From Botryllus schlosseri (taxonomy: Eukaryota), in NCBI GenBank assembly GCA_051294905.1, contig CM119372.1, positions 25,048,001-25,112,000 on the forward strand: a stretch of DNA of 64,000 bases. The letters are read 5' to 3'. Positions within the stretch are counted from its first letter, which is position 1; each line of letters begins with the position of its first letter. The position numbers and the translations under genes were made by a program. This document shows, one piece after another, positions 12,852-25,700 of the stretch. The notes under the pieces were generated by a model. That model saw only the letters and a list, made by a program, of their open reading frames with translations. It was not told the origin of the DNA and ran no database searches.

Positions 12852-13417
12852 TTTCTTGTCGAAAAGTCCCGTGATCGTCCGTAGAATTGTAGCGCGACGG
12901 ATTAGTCTTTTAACCGACAATCCGAATCACTACCTTCCGCTGCAAGAGTATGAGTGAAAACACTATCTGAATGTGAAATGCAAATCACATCACATGTGTT
13001 GTTTGTCCTCCTCGACTGCGATCTACCGGATCTGCCGGTGCCGATGTTATTATTGATCAAAGATTTTGTGTTAGTGTTAGTACGGTACGGGTACTCGTAT
13101 AATCCAGAAGTATAGAAGATGCACGAATTTAGATGTACTGAACAGGATCATCCTGTTCGATGAAATGGAATCCTGTTCCAATCCGGATCCTGTTTTCACC
13201 TACCTTTAAAATCCGGATCCAAATATATCCTGCTAACTTATCCTGCCGTTGATATTTTTCTATACCTCGGCAATGCATTGCTGTGTTATAGCAAGAAATT
13301 GCGGTGCTATGCAGAAACCAGCTGAATCCAATGACATACAAATAATTAGAGTAAATAAACAGAAAGCCTGATCAGGATCGGGCAGTCGGGCGCTATATTC
13401 GATAAAACGGGAATCAA

Positions 13418-13749
13418 TGGAAAGCTGCTGCTATAATGATTACGAAAAAATAAATTTTATTCTGCTCGTGGCCCCGGAACCCCCCAAAATCAGCGTCGAA
13501 ATTTGCATTTTGATCGAGTTTGGCATTGTGATGCAACAGTGCTGTCTGGCTCTTTCTTCTAAGCTTCACACTTCGAGCACTCACTCTCGCCGCGCAGCCA
13601 CTCATTTGCTCCTAAGCTACGCTCTCGTTTCGCCAGACAGTATTGTTGCGTCACTATGCCACTCTTCATAACCATGAAAAATCCGAGGCTGATTGTGGGG
13701 GTTCCAGGCCCAGGGCCACGAGCGAAATAAAATGTATATATTCGTAATC
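13418..13749. mobile_element. MITE with about 60-70 bp imperfect terminal inverted repeats
   Basis: gattacgaa...ttttatt..gctcgtggccc..ggaacccc.aaaatcagc at 13438 is mirrored at about 13683-13749; no TSD found. Confidence 0.7.
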
Positions 13750-13816
13750 GTAATCCTTATTTCAAACATGAGACTGACAAGCAATTACCACCAAATGAAT
13801 ACTAGTGCATCCTCAA

Positions 13817-13950
13817 GATTACCGGACCACGACTGACCTATCGATCTCGCCGTCCATGACATGCCACCCCATTTTGTCGCTTGCTTTTTTCTATACTATC
13901 TTCTTTACTTTTCATTCAGTGTACATGCCTCCTCTTTGCGTTGCCTAGGC
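13817..13950 (+). repeat. dispersed repeat of about 130 bp; further copies on the minus strand at about 16195-16295 and 17173-17303
   Basis: shared catgccac..ttttgtcgcttg...ttttcattc(a/c)gtgt(a/g)catgcctc...gcctaggcca. Confidence 0.8.
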
Positions 13951-14825
13951 CAGGGGTGGCCAATGATATATATATCATTGTGGTGGCCAGCCTGCGGCCG
14001 TAGAAGGGAATTTGTGCGGCCGTGGACACGCAATTCAATTAGTATGTGTTGGCGGCCGTCGACATGCAAATTGAATTTACGAATTGACTCATGAATTTTT
14101 GAGAGATTTTAAATAATCTTGAAATTTTCTTCGCGCTGTGCGCAATTCAACGTAACTTCATTTTTATATTTCCAGTATCACCACCGTTTGCAATCTCAGC
14201 CCCATAGTACAGATGTGAACTTCAGAGTAAAATGATACGGCTCATGTAGAAATTCAAACTTGGAATCGTGTGCGTTACTCACGAAAGAAATTTGTTTCTG
14301 GTACGTTTGGGCGATTCCAATATCTTTCCACGATATACTGACCATTTTGATGGGAGGTCAAGAAGTAACAGCATGCAAAAAAATGAATATAACGACAATT
14401 GTCCCACCCGAAAATCCATCATCATTTATAACTTTCCCTAAATGTTCGAATACACCTGCTCCATCAGCTCTACCGGTGGGCTGATCTAATGGGCTGAGAA
14501 AGGATAAATATGCGTGGTAGAATATGTGAAAGTACTAATATTAATGACGAAATTCATTCGTGAATCTGAAAATTTTTCGCGCTTCGCGCGACCATGTCGG
14601 GTACCGGAGATAATTCATAACATGATGGTCAATTGCGCTTTCGGTGCGTATGGAAGCGGCTATCTGAATAAATAACTCAGTCCGGAGCTCACCGGGAATG
14701 GACATTTTAAGATGGATATTTGACGTCCAGTTAGTTCATCACGACTATATGCCCGGGAATGCGGCCGTAGGCTACCCGATTAATCGAAATGCGGCCGTGA
14801 ATAGCAAAAAGGTTGGCCACCCATG
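13951..14825. mobile_element. hAT-like non-autonomous element (older, no TSD)
   Basis: TIR caggggtggccaa / ttggccacccatg; internal gcggccg repeats near both ends. Confidence 0.6.
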
Positions 14826-14879
14826 ATTTAAAACAGAACTGACCTTATTTCAAACAAATCGAACTAATCCTCCTCCATG

Positions 14880-14967
14880 AGGTTCACGTTCGCGTTTACA
14901 CAGAGCCTTTCAAATAAAGGTTCGCGTTCACACGAACCTGAACCTTTAAGAGGTTCACACCATCCCT
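14880..14967. repeat. GGTTC/GAACC-rich dispersed repeat; related copy at about 59983-60086
   Basis: both copies contain aaaggttc.., gaggttca.., gcgttcacac and end in ttcacac(c)atccc. Confidence 0.55.
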
Positions 14968-16329
14968 ATACACTTGCTTTTATACTTCAACATGTGTGTT
15001 CTCCAGACAAAAGAACTGAAACTATAATTAGAGCTTAAAGTATGATACTGGGAACTGGAAGAAAATGATAAATACTAAGCGGAAAATGTATTTCATGTTT
15101 TAAGTCCAGAAAGTTTCAAAGGTGGTATGCGACTGGAAATCGCGCGAAGCGCGAAATTTCTTTGATAAAAGTGCATAAATTTTCAAAAAATACTCTACAA
15201 TTTATGCTAATTCTCGAAATAATTTTGGGCCCCCTTCTAGCTCGCTCCCCCCCCCCAATTGGGGGGTTTGCGGTGCGGCAGTTACGGGCCTGGTTATATA
15301 TACAACCCTGCTGATACCTTTCGAAAATATCCGTCTTCGGTATTCAGCGTTTGTGTTTCAAGAGATTGTTTTCCTCTGCTAAATGGTAGGCAGGAGTCAA
15401 TTTTATAAAGTCATTTAAGAATTCCTTTTTTTTCCTGGATTCCAGCCATTCACTGATTAAATTGTCAGGTTACCCTAAAAATCGCTGCACACCAAATTCG
15501 GTTCAATTAGGACTTCGCAGATCCAATTAAAAATTCATTAGGCTAGCCTACTGCTAAAACTTCATGACTCACATCAACAGAATGGCCGTTTCAGATGAAA
15601 TACTACTGCCATACAACTCCTTTTAATTGTCAAATTTCCAATAGCATACAGATACAAACGCGGATTGCTGTCTAGATAATGTTTTGTTGGGGTTTGTGGA
15701 AAAAATAATAAGTTTGAGTATAGTAATTAAGGTCGATCAGGCAGGTGACTTCGAAATGCTAACAAAAGCTTTTTTCTCCTGCGATATATATATGCCCGAT
15801 TCAAAAACAACTTCAAGATGAGCTGCTAGGTTGAAATGACTAGGCTGGACGTTATATCTTCATGTTCACTGTTCAGCAAAAATCAGTTTTGGTGTCATAT
15901 ACTGCGATCCTAGCTAATGTGTCATCATCATCAAGTATTCCAAAAAATGCAGCTGCAGAATTAGCTTTGAATAAATATAAGACTATACACAATTTTTACA
16001 TAAATATTATGATGTTATTTTGATTGTATCGCATTTTTGTGGTGTATTGAACTGATAAAAATTGCTAATAAACCGAACCGAAGAAAATACAGTTTGTTGC
16101 TGTTTATCACCAGTCTACCGTTGCGCGATAATAGAGCTAAATTCGAACTCAAAATGAGGGGTACGTGGGGGTCCGTGACTGTCCAGAAGGGGTGGCCTAG
16201 GCGGTGTAAAAGCGGAGACATGCACACTGAATGAAAACTAAAAGAACATAATATGAAAGGACTGGTGACAAAAAAGGTGGCATGTGTCGGAAGGCATATT
16301 CTGACACATATTCTTATATTCATATGACA

Positions 16330-16900
16330 TCATAGTTGGTTTGAAATGGCTTTAATTCGTATGTTCCGTTGTTAACTGACAACTTATCTCGTTGTTATCG
16401 TTTGTTACGCATGTCAATTTTTCTGGTTATTCCGTCAATCCGTCATCGTTGCTAACGTCAAGCCTGTCAGTATCGGTAGGTACATACATCGTGCGAAATC
16501 TCGCCTCACGGCCAGTTGCAATCAGGACAGAGAGCAGAGACAGTCGGTCGTTCGTGCGCCGAATCTGTGAAGATAGTTGCAATTCAGTCAGTCAGCCGCG
16601 AAAGCCTTTGATCAATGCCCCTCGCTTGCTCTTGAAGGCTGACTTTGACAATCTTTTCGTTGAGGTTTGGTACGATCTTGGACACGGCACGGCGTATGCC
16701 GAGCCGTAAATGTATACCGACAACGCATAGCGAAGGTTTGTATATATGGATTATCTTATTATTATACGATCTGACTCGTGGTCGTCGAGGTTGGTTTTTT
16801 CCGTATCGACATGGCTTCACTTATCTAAACGTCCTGAGTAGCTCGACCCTGTCTCGACGTCCCGCGACCAGGGACCATCTCCATCTGCCTGACTGTCTCG
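16330..16900. promoter_or_regulatory. candidate CpG-rich promoter / non-coding first exon region between divergent TOM7 and SKA2-XRN1
   Basis: Local CpG enrichment, no repeat homology seen, plausible plus-strand donor ttgag|GTTTGG near 16664. Position is inference only. Confidence 0.3.
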
Positions 16901-18069
16901 TATCGCATGGCCCTTAGACTAAGACACTGTGCTTATTGAACAAATTACAAATTTGAATTGTGTTAATTATTTTAGGCTAACACTTATATATTTCGCACAA
17001 TTACGAGTGTATTAACCAAATAGCAGTGCCAAGCACAATATATCAGTATCAGTTTAAATATTAATATTTTTATCATTTCAAAACACCACAAAACTGCGAT
17101 ACATTGAAAAAATAGGAAGGTGTCGAAACGACTTGGAGTAGTAGGCCTATTTGAAATCATGCACCCACCTTGGCCTAGGCAAAGTAGAGAAGAGGCATGC
17201 ACACGGAATGAAAAGTAAAGCAGAGAATATAAAAGGCAAGCGACAAAATGAAGTGACATGTGGCGGAAGGTTGATCGATATGTAAGGTCGTGGTCCGGCA
17301 ATCCTAAAGGCTGACTAGTATCGTGAATCTCTTCGATCAGATATGATCTAAATTCAACTTAGTTTGTTGGGAATACATTCTCACATAATGGAACGTCATA
17401 GCTAGGATGCATGCTATATTCATATCTTTTGAATATATTGAAATCTTTAGATGTTTTGAATCGATAAAAATATAAATATATGACTGACTAGTACTGATAT
17501 TACCGTAAGGCATGACAGTATTTACCGGTAATCGACAGAATCAGGACACTATATACCCAGCAGATTCTTGATTAAATGATCATTAGGCCGTGGGTTCAAT
17601 TCCCAACCGCATCAGACCATGACTGTAACCACCTCCCTATATGGCATCGTTGTCCCATGATCCCCTAACAACTTCCCGATTGCCTTAATCACTGCACCCA
17701 TAGAATCATCGCTGCTCGCCCTACTGTCATATAGCCTAGATAAGGAAACTTCATCCGTTGGTTGTCACCTGAATTATTTCTACTCAATTTATTTTCCTTG
17801 GTATTGATATGAGTCAATTAAGTAGACTGTATGAAATGTTGAGAGAACTGATTTCAGAATCAACATAGTATAATCATTGTCAATGACAATTCATAATGCC
17901 TGTAGCAATTGAAAACTTGCAAATAAGTGTCACTGTACAGTAACTTACAACAAATAATAAATTAACATGATAAATTGTTTCATTTTGTTTCATTGATTTA
18001 GACATATTCAACCCAATTAGATCGATTCCCCAATTACAATACTTGGATGGTTATCAATTTCTCTCTGTG

Positions 18070-18471
18070 ATGGAAGAAGCCAAGAAAAACTTTGAAAACA
18101 AAGTTAGCTCCGCAGAGCGCAAACTGGACGACATTGAACGAAAAATCGATGACAAATTTTCCGAGCATTTGATTTCCGAGGACGATGAACTGGAAGACAG
18201 CAACGCGCTCGTGCAAACTCTGAATGAAGTCAAAGCGGAGTACAAGTCCTTGTGTCGAGAGGCGGAGGAGCTTGGTCAGGCTCAAAAGCAAATGGCTATG
18301 GCTTTTCAACAAGAACTTTTGGCTCAAGTGCAGCAGTTGCAAATGCTTCAGGACAAGGGAATTGTTGCGAAGCCGGAGGATGAAGTTGTGACGACTGCAA
18401 AAAGTATCACAAAACAAATTGAGGAAGATTCAAATTTGTCCCAATCCATTAACAGCACCGATTTAAAGTGA
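18070..18471 (+). CDS. SKA2: spindle and kinetochore-associated protein 2-like coiled-coil protein (133 aa, uninterrupted CDS)
   Basis: MEEAKKNFENKVSSAERKLDDIERKI...LVQTLNEVKAEYKSL aligns without large gaps to SKA2 as I recall it (AESDLDYIQYRL...LLKELSVIKSRYQTL). ATG at 18070; AATAAA at 18558. Confidence 0.75.
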   Translation: MEEAKKNFENKVSSAERKLDDIERKIDDKFSEHLISEDDELEDSNALVQTLNEVKAEYKSLCREAEELGQAQKQMAMAFQQELLAQVQQLQMLQDKGIVAKPEDEVVTTAKSITKQIEEDSNLSQSINSTDLK

Positions 18472-19672
18472 TTCAGCCACCGGCACTTAGTGGTTTGCGT
18501 GATATGACTCAGATTTGTACATGGAAGCTAGATGAAGCTGACGGGATGCATCACTTCAATAAAAAGACACTTTGTGACTAACTGCCTGTCACGATACCTG
18601 ATGGAGCTGGGACTTGATATGGAAGTATAATATCGACAGTTGAATAGGATTTGGGAGATCATGATGACAATAAACTTCATTCTGAGGAGAAGTTATTTAT
18701 TGTGAAAGCCGTCATATGAGAAATCTACACTATCCCGGTCCCTGGTCTGGCAATAGCTCGGATCACATTGTATTGTATACCGCACCAAAATGAATATTGT
18801 GGCGTTTTCCATGTGTAATATTCATAAATGTGCCTCGTGTGAAAGATTGTCTCATTAGTCTTCTCTAAAGGGTGAGTGCGCTCTCTGATTAAATGTTCAA
18901 TGCTGTCATTGTTTTTGATGCCTTCATTCACCCAGCTCTGCATGCTGTTTAGCTTCATGATAATTGAAGTTACTCTAATCAAATTTTTGAAATATCATTC
19001 TTGCGAAATCATCACTAATAGATCAGGCACATTTTTGAACGATGCCAGTAGCCTATATATTGTAGCTAGACGAAGTGTAATTAGAATACAAAATATGTGA
19101 GGTCACCTAAAAGAAATGGCCAAATATGCAAATTAACCTATTTCTGCTGTATATCTGGGTAAGCAAGCTGATCTCTCAATTTGAACAGATGACTCGTGTA
19201 AGGAAGCTCCAATGCCCCAGCTTATTATGTTATAGTAACAGATTGCATTGTTCATTATGATATCAATTTATTGGACAATCGCAACCAGTTGGTAGAGTCT
19301 AAAGTCGGTGTCGAATGATGAAATAGTAGCAATATTTCGCTAGGTTTATGTAACAAATGTAATGCTTGTTTATTTTGATGGCTCCTCTCTTTATTGAGAG
19401 GTTTGTTTTTCTATGCCAATATAACAGATGCAGAATCAGAATTATTCTTTGACACAAGCCAAGTCTATATCTGCAAGAGTGTCATGAAAATTTTAATCAC
19501 ATGCATTATTTATCTTATCATCACTTGTGACCACTGAACCAAGTTTCGAGCGATGTTTCTGTGAATTTGTAGCCATCCATAATGATACTTTTGCAGATTT
19601 CTTTCAGACTTAACCCCTCTAATAAGTTGTAAGCCAGTTTTATCTTCACAGTAAATAGGCTGCCCCCTCAAA

Positions 19673-19747
19673 ATGGGTGTTCCAAAGTTTTATAGATGGA
19701 TCAGTGAAAGATATCCCTGTTTGAGTGAAGTGGTGAAGGAATATCAG
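19673..19747 (+). CDS. XRN1: XRN1 exon 1 (MGVPKFYRW...KEYQ)
   Basis: canonical N-terminus, GTAACT donor. Confidence 0.95.
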
Positions 19748-22700
19748 GTAACTATGTGACTTTCATCTAATTTCTTAACGCTATTCGACAAATCTTTGGC
19801 ACTCTGCTAATTGCGGTGCAACAGAATAATGTAAAAACTCCTTTATACAAGAGTCTTCGACCTATTTCTACTAAATGGCCGCATCTAGGAGACTGATACC
19901 TTTATAAGTACTTGTATGAAGCACTAATTACCTATTCCATAAGTGACAGGTCAACTGTTTCCTCAGTGTTTATGAATGATTCTCCCATAATAATCCTTCG
20001 TAGCATATGGTAGCTCCTGATTAATTTTGGCTACCTTGTTGGTCTCTGGTGAAGTAACCTATGTTGGCTGCAAACTATTTGGTTTCAAATATCAGAATCC
20101 TGGTTTTTGTACGAATGAATTTGTTATTTAGTTTCAAAATGATCGAGATAAAACACTAGATGATACCAGTATCCAGTATTGCTTTTATTTGCGTGGCTGG
20201 ACGTGGGGATAGCTGGATTTTCAGAGTAATAACCTCGCTGTTAAATCAATGACTTCCAAAGTGGTTTGGATAATTTATCCCACGAACACACCAAATCATC
20301 AGCAATCCATACTTGTAATTACTCTGTTGGATGAAATCTGTTTCGAGGGGCATCTCAACAATTATGGTAGGGCACCAGACCAGATCGTCAGCACTGATAT
20401 TGTCAACTCCTAATTCGAAATTTCACCTTTTCACAGGTCCCCGAATTCGATAATTTGTACCTTGACATGAACGGTATCATTCATGTCTGTTCACACCCGA
20501 ACGATGATGATCCCCACTTTCGTATCACGGAAGAGCAAATTTTCAAAGATATTTTTCGGTACATTGAGGTGAGGATTGCTTGTGAAGTGTCGGCTATCAT
20601 ATCCGAGAAACAAACGGTGCTTTGCTCATTACAATTTCATTTCTTGTTCCTTCGTTGTTGTTGTTGGAGTTGATGTTTGTGCTGAATTTGTCTTGAAGCT
20701 GATAAATATAGTGAATCTAGTGAAAAATCTAGGATTTGTTACTCTTGTCTTGTGCTGCCGGTTAGCAAAGGTGATTGTAGTTGTAGTTTTGGATTTGAAA
20801 GATGGACTGAAAGAGTTGAATTGAATTAACTTTCATGATTGTTCAACTGGATCTGAATTTCAACAAACATGGTATTTCAATTTATTTTAAGGTTGCATTC
20901 GACTTTTGAACAGATTTGGTGTTCTTTTTGACTGTTTGAATGGCTAATTGGCTAATAAGTGAATTCTGGATTAAGATTTGAATCTCAATATGAATTTGAA
21001 TATGAATTATATATAAATCATATATAAATCTGAATCTGTGGTGTTGGTCTAAATTTGATTGCGGATAGTGCGATTTGGCTTTGATTGGATAAAAATTTTT
21101 GCTGCATTCATGAAAATCCATGTATGAACATTTCACTTACCGGTACTCGAAAACTTTCCAGGTTTTATTTCGCATCGTGTGTCCGCGAGAAGTGTTTTTC
21201 ATGGCAGTCGATGGCGTCGCACCGAGAGCGAAGATGAATCAGCAACGTGGAAGACGATTTCGGTTAGTTTGTTTTTAGTTTAACTGAACTGTGATAGATT
21301 GCCTCATGCCCAAGATGTCATATTATAGATCGGCGAAGGAGGCCGATGAAAATATCAAGAAAGCATTGGCCAAAGGAGAGATGCTGCCCGAAGAGAAGCG
21401 ATTTGATTCGAATTGCATCACGCCTGGTAATTGAGATCTTATTACGGGATTGAACTTGACGAATTTATGACCTTAGACGTTTCTGATGACGCTGCTAACC
21501 ATGATAAATAGACCGCTGCCTATGGTAAAGGGCAAATGTCGTCATCCATCTAATCGTGATCTAGATAATTTGCATCGATTTTATTTATCAGGCACCAAGT
21601 TCATGGTTCGGTTGCAAGAGCAGCTCGAGTACATGGTGAAGAGTAAGGTGACGACTGATCCGGCATGGCAAGGGATACGGATATATCTGTCTGGACATGA
21701 GGTTACTGTTTGACTTTTGCTGTGAATTGTTACCCTTTCCGTGGCATTCCGGTAACAATTCAACTTTTGTTTATGACTCGCCTGGATTGAGAAATGTGAT
21801 GGCAGTTAGTTAGAACGCTTAAGTTGTTATTGAAACTATGGTGAACTTGTAATTTGTGTGGGATCCTTGTGTGTGATGTCGCTTATTATCATTGATTTGG
21901 TCGCCACTCAGAGGTGGTCACGGGTCAGTAATGAAATACTTTTTCAAAGCATCCAGTAGGTTTTGCCTACTTGCACTACTTACAATGCAACTTGAACAGT
22001 TTTTTTATAGGAAAAACTACTTCATTTTTACACTTGTTATTTTGAAAAGTAGAAAGTAGTTTCCATCACCAAGAGTCATGACAACCGCATGAAATGACCC
22101 CTGTATCACGGTAACTCGGATATATCCGAAAATTTCATCTGTTTCTGGTATCATTATCTGTTGTGTTTTATTCGAGAAAAGATATCTTGCAATTTCGAAA
22201 GTAACCACCTCCATTTAATTTTTAAGAGTGTGTTGACGCCAAATCAACTTCTTGAAACTAGTTGCTTGATTACTTTTCAATTCTTTCATTCTCTACTTCT
22301 ACTTGGCGTATTTTTTAATAAGACTTGGAAACTACTTACTACTCCTAACGAGTGGAAATTAATGGAGTTGCTTCAAATTCTACTTGAAGAGCAACGTTGA
22401 TCACTTTGCCGACCTCTGCTGATGCTAGTAACTGTTTGTCGCTTGCCAAACTAACGGTATCAGCATCCCAGACATTCCTGTTGATGATGTCGTAGCATTT
22501 GTTGTCAATTCTACTCTGCTAATTCCTTAACGGCTTAAATTCTTAGTGTGTTGTTCCCAGTTCAACGACACACTAAGAATTTGAGCCGTTAAGGAATTAG
22601 CAGAGTAGAATGAGATTTGAGATTGGACCGGATCCAGATTTTTGGATCTGTTCCATGTGCTCATAAATTCAACATTATAAATCTAGTTACCAGTTTTCTT

Positions 22701-25700
22701 GATTTATCACAAACTACCCTTCGTCCGTAGACGCCTGGAGAGGGAGAGCACAAGATTATGGAGTTCATCAGGAACGAAAGAATGAAAAAAGACTACAACG
22801 CAAATACCAGGCATTGTCTTTACGGGCTGGATGCGGATTTGATGATGCTCGGGCTTTGTTCTCATGAACCGCACTTCTCTCTGTTGAGGTGATATGTGAA
22901 TTCTGGCTTCTGTAGTCTAAAAGCTTGATCCGTTGCACGAGCTTGCGGTATTTTGTAATCGCCGCCCGGACTTGCAAACTTTCGTGAATATTTTGTCGCT
23001 CTATGGAATCCTGGCTAGATTTTGCCTATTTCCACTACTTGCTCAAGTGATTTTGTTTATAGAATACTGACACATCTACTTCAGTTTTTCTAGGTAAAGT
23101 TGAAAGTAGCATTGGACTGTGTTGTAATAAAAACCTGGCGAAGTATCCATGTATCACAGAAACTGAATATATATTGAAAATTTTTTTGTGTTAGTTGCAA
23201 AGATACATCTTGCTCTTCTGCAAAAAATATGTGCCACTCAACCAATTCTACTCTTTGAGACTGTTAATAATTATTTTATTATGCTAAGATGAATTTATGA
23301 ATCCCAACCAATTGCAACCAAATTTCTAAATAATATCTGTAATTGTTGAATGTGGGTTGCTGTTGTTCATGTTGTTTGTCGAATACAATGGTCATTTACA
23401 CCAGGCCGATTTTCTTTATTTTGATTCCGGAGCTGCCTCTCTCTCTCACACCTACATTTTCCACTTTCACCTGAAGTAATTTTTACCTGTCTTGGAAATT
23501 GAAACTTCTACCTGTAATAATAAAATTGTACGGCGCTACTTTACTTGCGTACCAGCACTGCCTACTTGTACTGCCTGTGATGTAATTTAACTGAAGTTTC
23601 ATGAACCAGTCTGCATGATCACATTATTGCTGTGGTTGTAAGAATACCGCTTTGTATAACAGAGAGGAAGTTCGCTTTACCGGGAAAAAGAAACATGCCG
23701 CCAGAACTGCCAAGCCCGAAGAAACCACTTTTCATCTCCTTCACCTCTCCCTAATGAGAGAATACATTGACCACGAATTTTCAGTCGTCAAAGTAAGCAA
23801 TGTTATCATATCTGTATCCAACCTTGTAACTATATATGTGATTAAATTTGCATTTTCAATGCTGGCGCATGCATATCTGTTCGAAGTCGCTCATGCTATT
23901 CAGGTAGAAGTATCACTTTAGAATTATATTTGGCTGGAAGGAGCATTTGTGAAGAAGGCTTGTTGGAGTGGGAGTAAAAAGCTTGGTCGACTAAATAAGT
24001 TTAAAATATGGCTTGGTTTATCACATCAATAACTTTTTTATTTCTACGTTACTACCACAGATTAGGTACAGTGCGATTTTGTAGATGTATTTGATGACAA
24101 GGAGTCGCATATCAGTAAGATGGGTGCAAACAATTGTCCATGAACTATGTTCAATAAAATTTAATGGTTTTAAATTGATGTGTATGGTATCGGCTGAATT
24201 AGTTCAAAAACGAGACTATGTGTGTTAGCAGTTTAGAAAATATATTTTGATACGTTTTGGAACACCGGAAGTACTTTGTTACTAACTGTTAGCTTTCTGT
24301 GCATTTGAATTTCTCTTGTGTTCAAATTTGCCGATTTGTGGCAGAAGAGTTTTTGCATTGAACTGGGATGACTGCATCACTACGTGTGTTCTCTAGTAAT
24401 TCTGTTAATCACCCATCTGGATGTGTATCTCGCGACCTTAACATGTGATTGATTTTGGCAGAAACATTTACCTTTCGAATACGATTTGGAGGCCATCATC
24501 GATGACTGGGTTTTAATGGGTTTTCTGGTTGGGAATGACTTCATACCACATCTACCCAACCTTCATATCAATCACAATGCGTTGCCGATGCTTTACCAAA
24601 CCTACATGGAAGTTTTGCCGACTTTAGACGGATATTTGAACGAAGGCGGACTTGTGAATTTGAATAGGTTTGGAAGATATCTTCAGCATCTTTCGAAAGT
24701 AGGTGTATCTTGGTGTTTTATTATGATGTTATTCGGTGCTCAACCGGTTCTTCCTTAGTATGATATGGAAAAATTTGAAGAGGTGTTCGCGGATTTCAAA
24801 TGGTTAGAATCGAAGACTGGAAAAAAGAAAGGCAAAGCTCGCCAAGGGTGGGAAAGAATATCATTTCTCGTCACGCGTCAATGTGAATTTTGAAATATCA
24901 GTATCCCTGTCATTGGGTTTTTGTAATCAAAAAGGCTAAATAATGCTCAGAAGGACGCAATTTGGAAGCTGTTTTCTAGTATTTCAATGCAAGGGTTGTG
25001 CCAACTGTCTAGCGTACTCCGGCAATATCACACATGACGTAAGGCACGGGTTCGATATTCATGATCTGTTTGGAATTACTGTGTTACGTTATGAAGTGTT
25101 ATGTTCATTTTTCCTATACGAATTGTTGACTTTAAGCAGTTTGAAAGCATTGAATTTGATGTAAAACTTTGAGCCCTGTTCATGGTAATGGAATCAGAAT
25201 TGGGTTGAAACATTAAAATCCATAATCGGGTCTGTGGTACGGTAGCAGTTTCAGCCAGGGTTTTAATGACTCTAGTCGAGTCGCGATTTTCTGATGACTC
25301 GACTTGACTCGATTCATTTTCTAAAAATAATGAGATGTCTTGACTTGACTCAAGTCAATCTGAGTATTGACTCGATTTGGACTCGAGCCGTTGGGCATGA
25401 ATCGGACCAAGTCATAGTACTCGAGTCTCAGACGGCCAAGACCGACATTTCATTGTAATTTGGAAGAATAGTAAAGTAACCACAATGTTGGTATTTCGCC
25501 TAATGGTACTGGTACATGAAAATGCGACCAGAAACTGTTGAAAAGTGGAAAATTGGTATATTTTAAATGCGATATCACCAAACATAGTTATAAAAAGTAG
25601 TTTTAACAAGGCTTTAACTTGAAGCTGAACCCTGAACAGTCAACGCAATGACTTGGACTCGAACTCAAGTCATAATGCCATGACTCGTGCTCGACCCTCC

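Noticed and set aside
16392-16709. 105-codon ORF in the CpG-rich patch as an extra XRN1 or SKA2 coding exon
   Set aside because: XRN1 already has its canonical MGVP start and SKA2 a complete ORF; a GC-richer patch gives longer chance ORFs.
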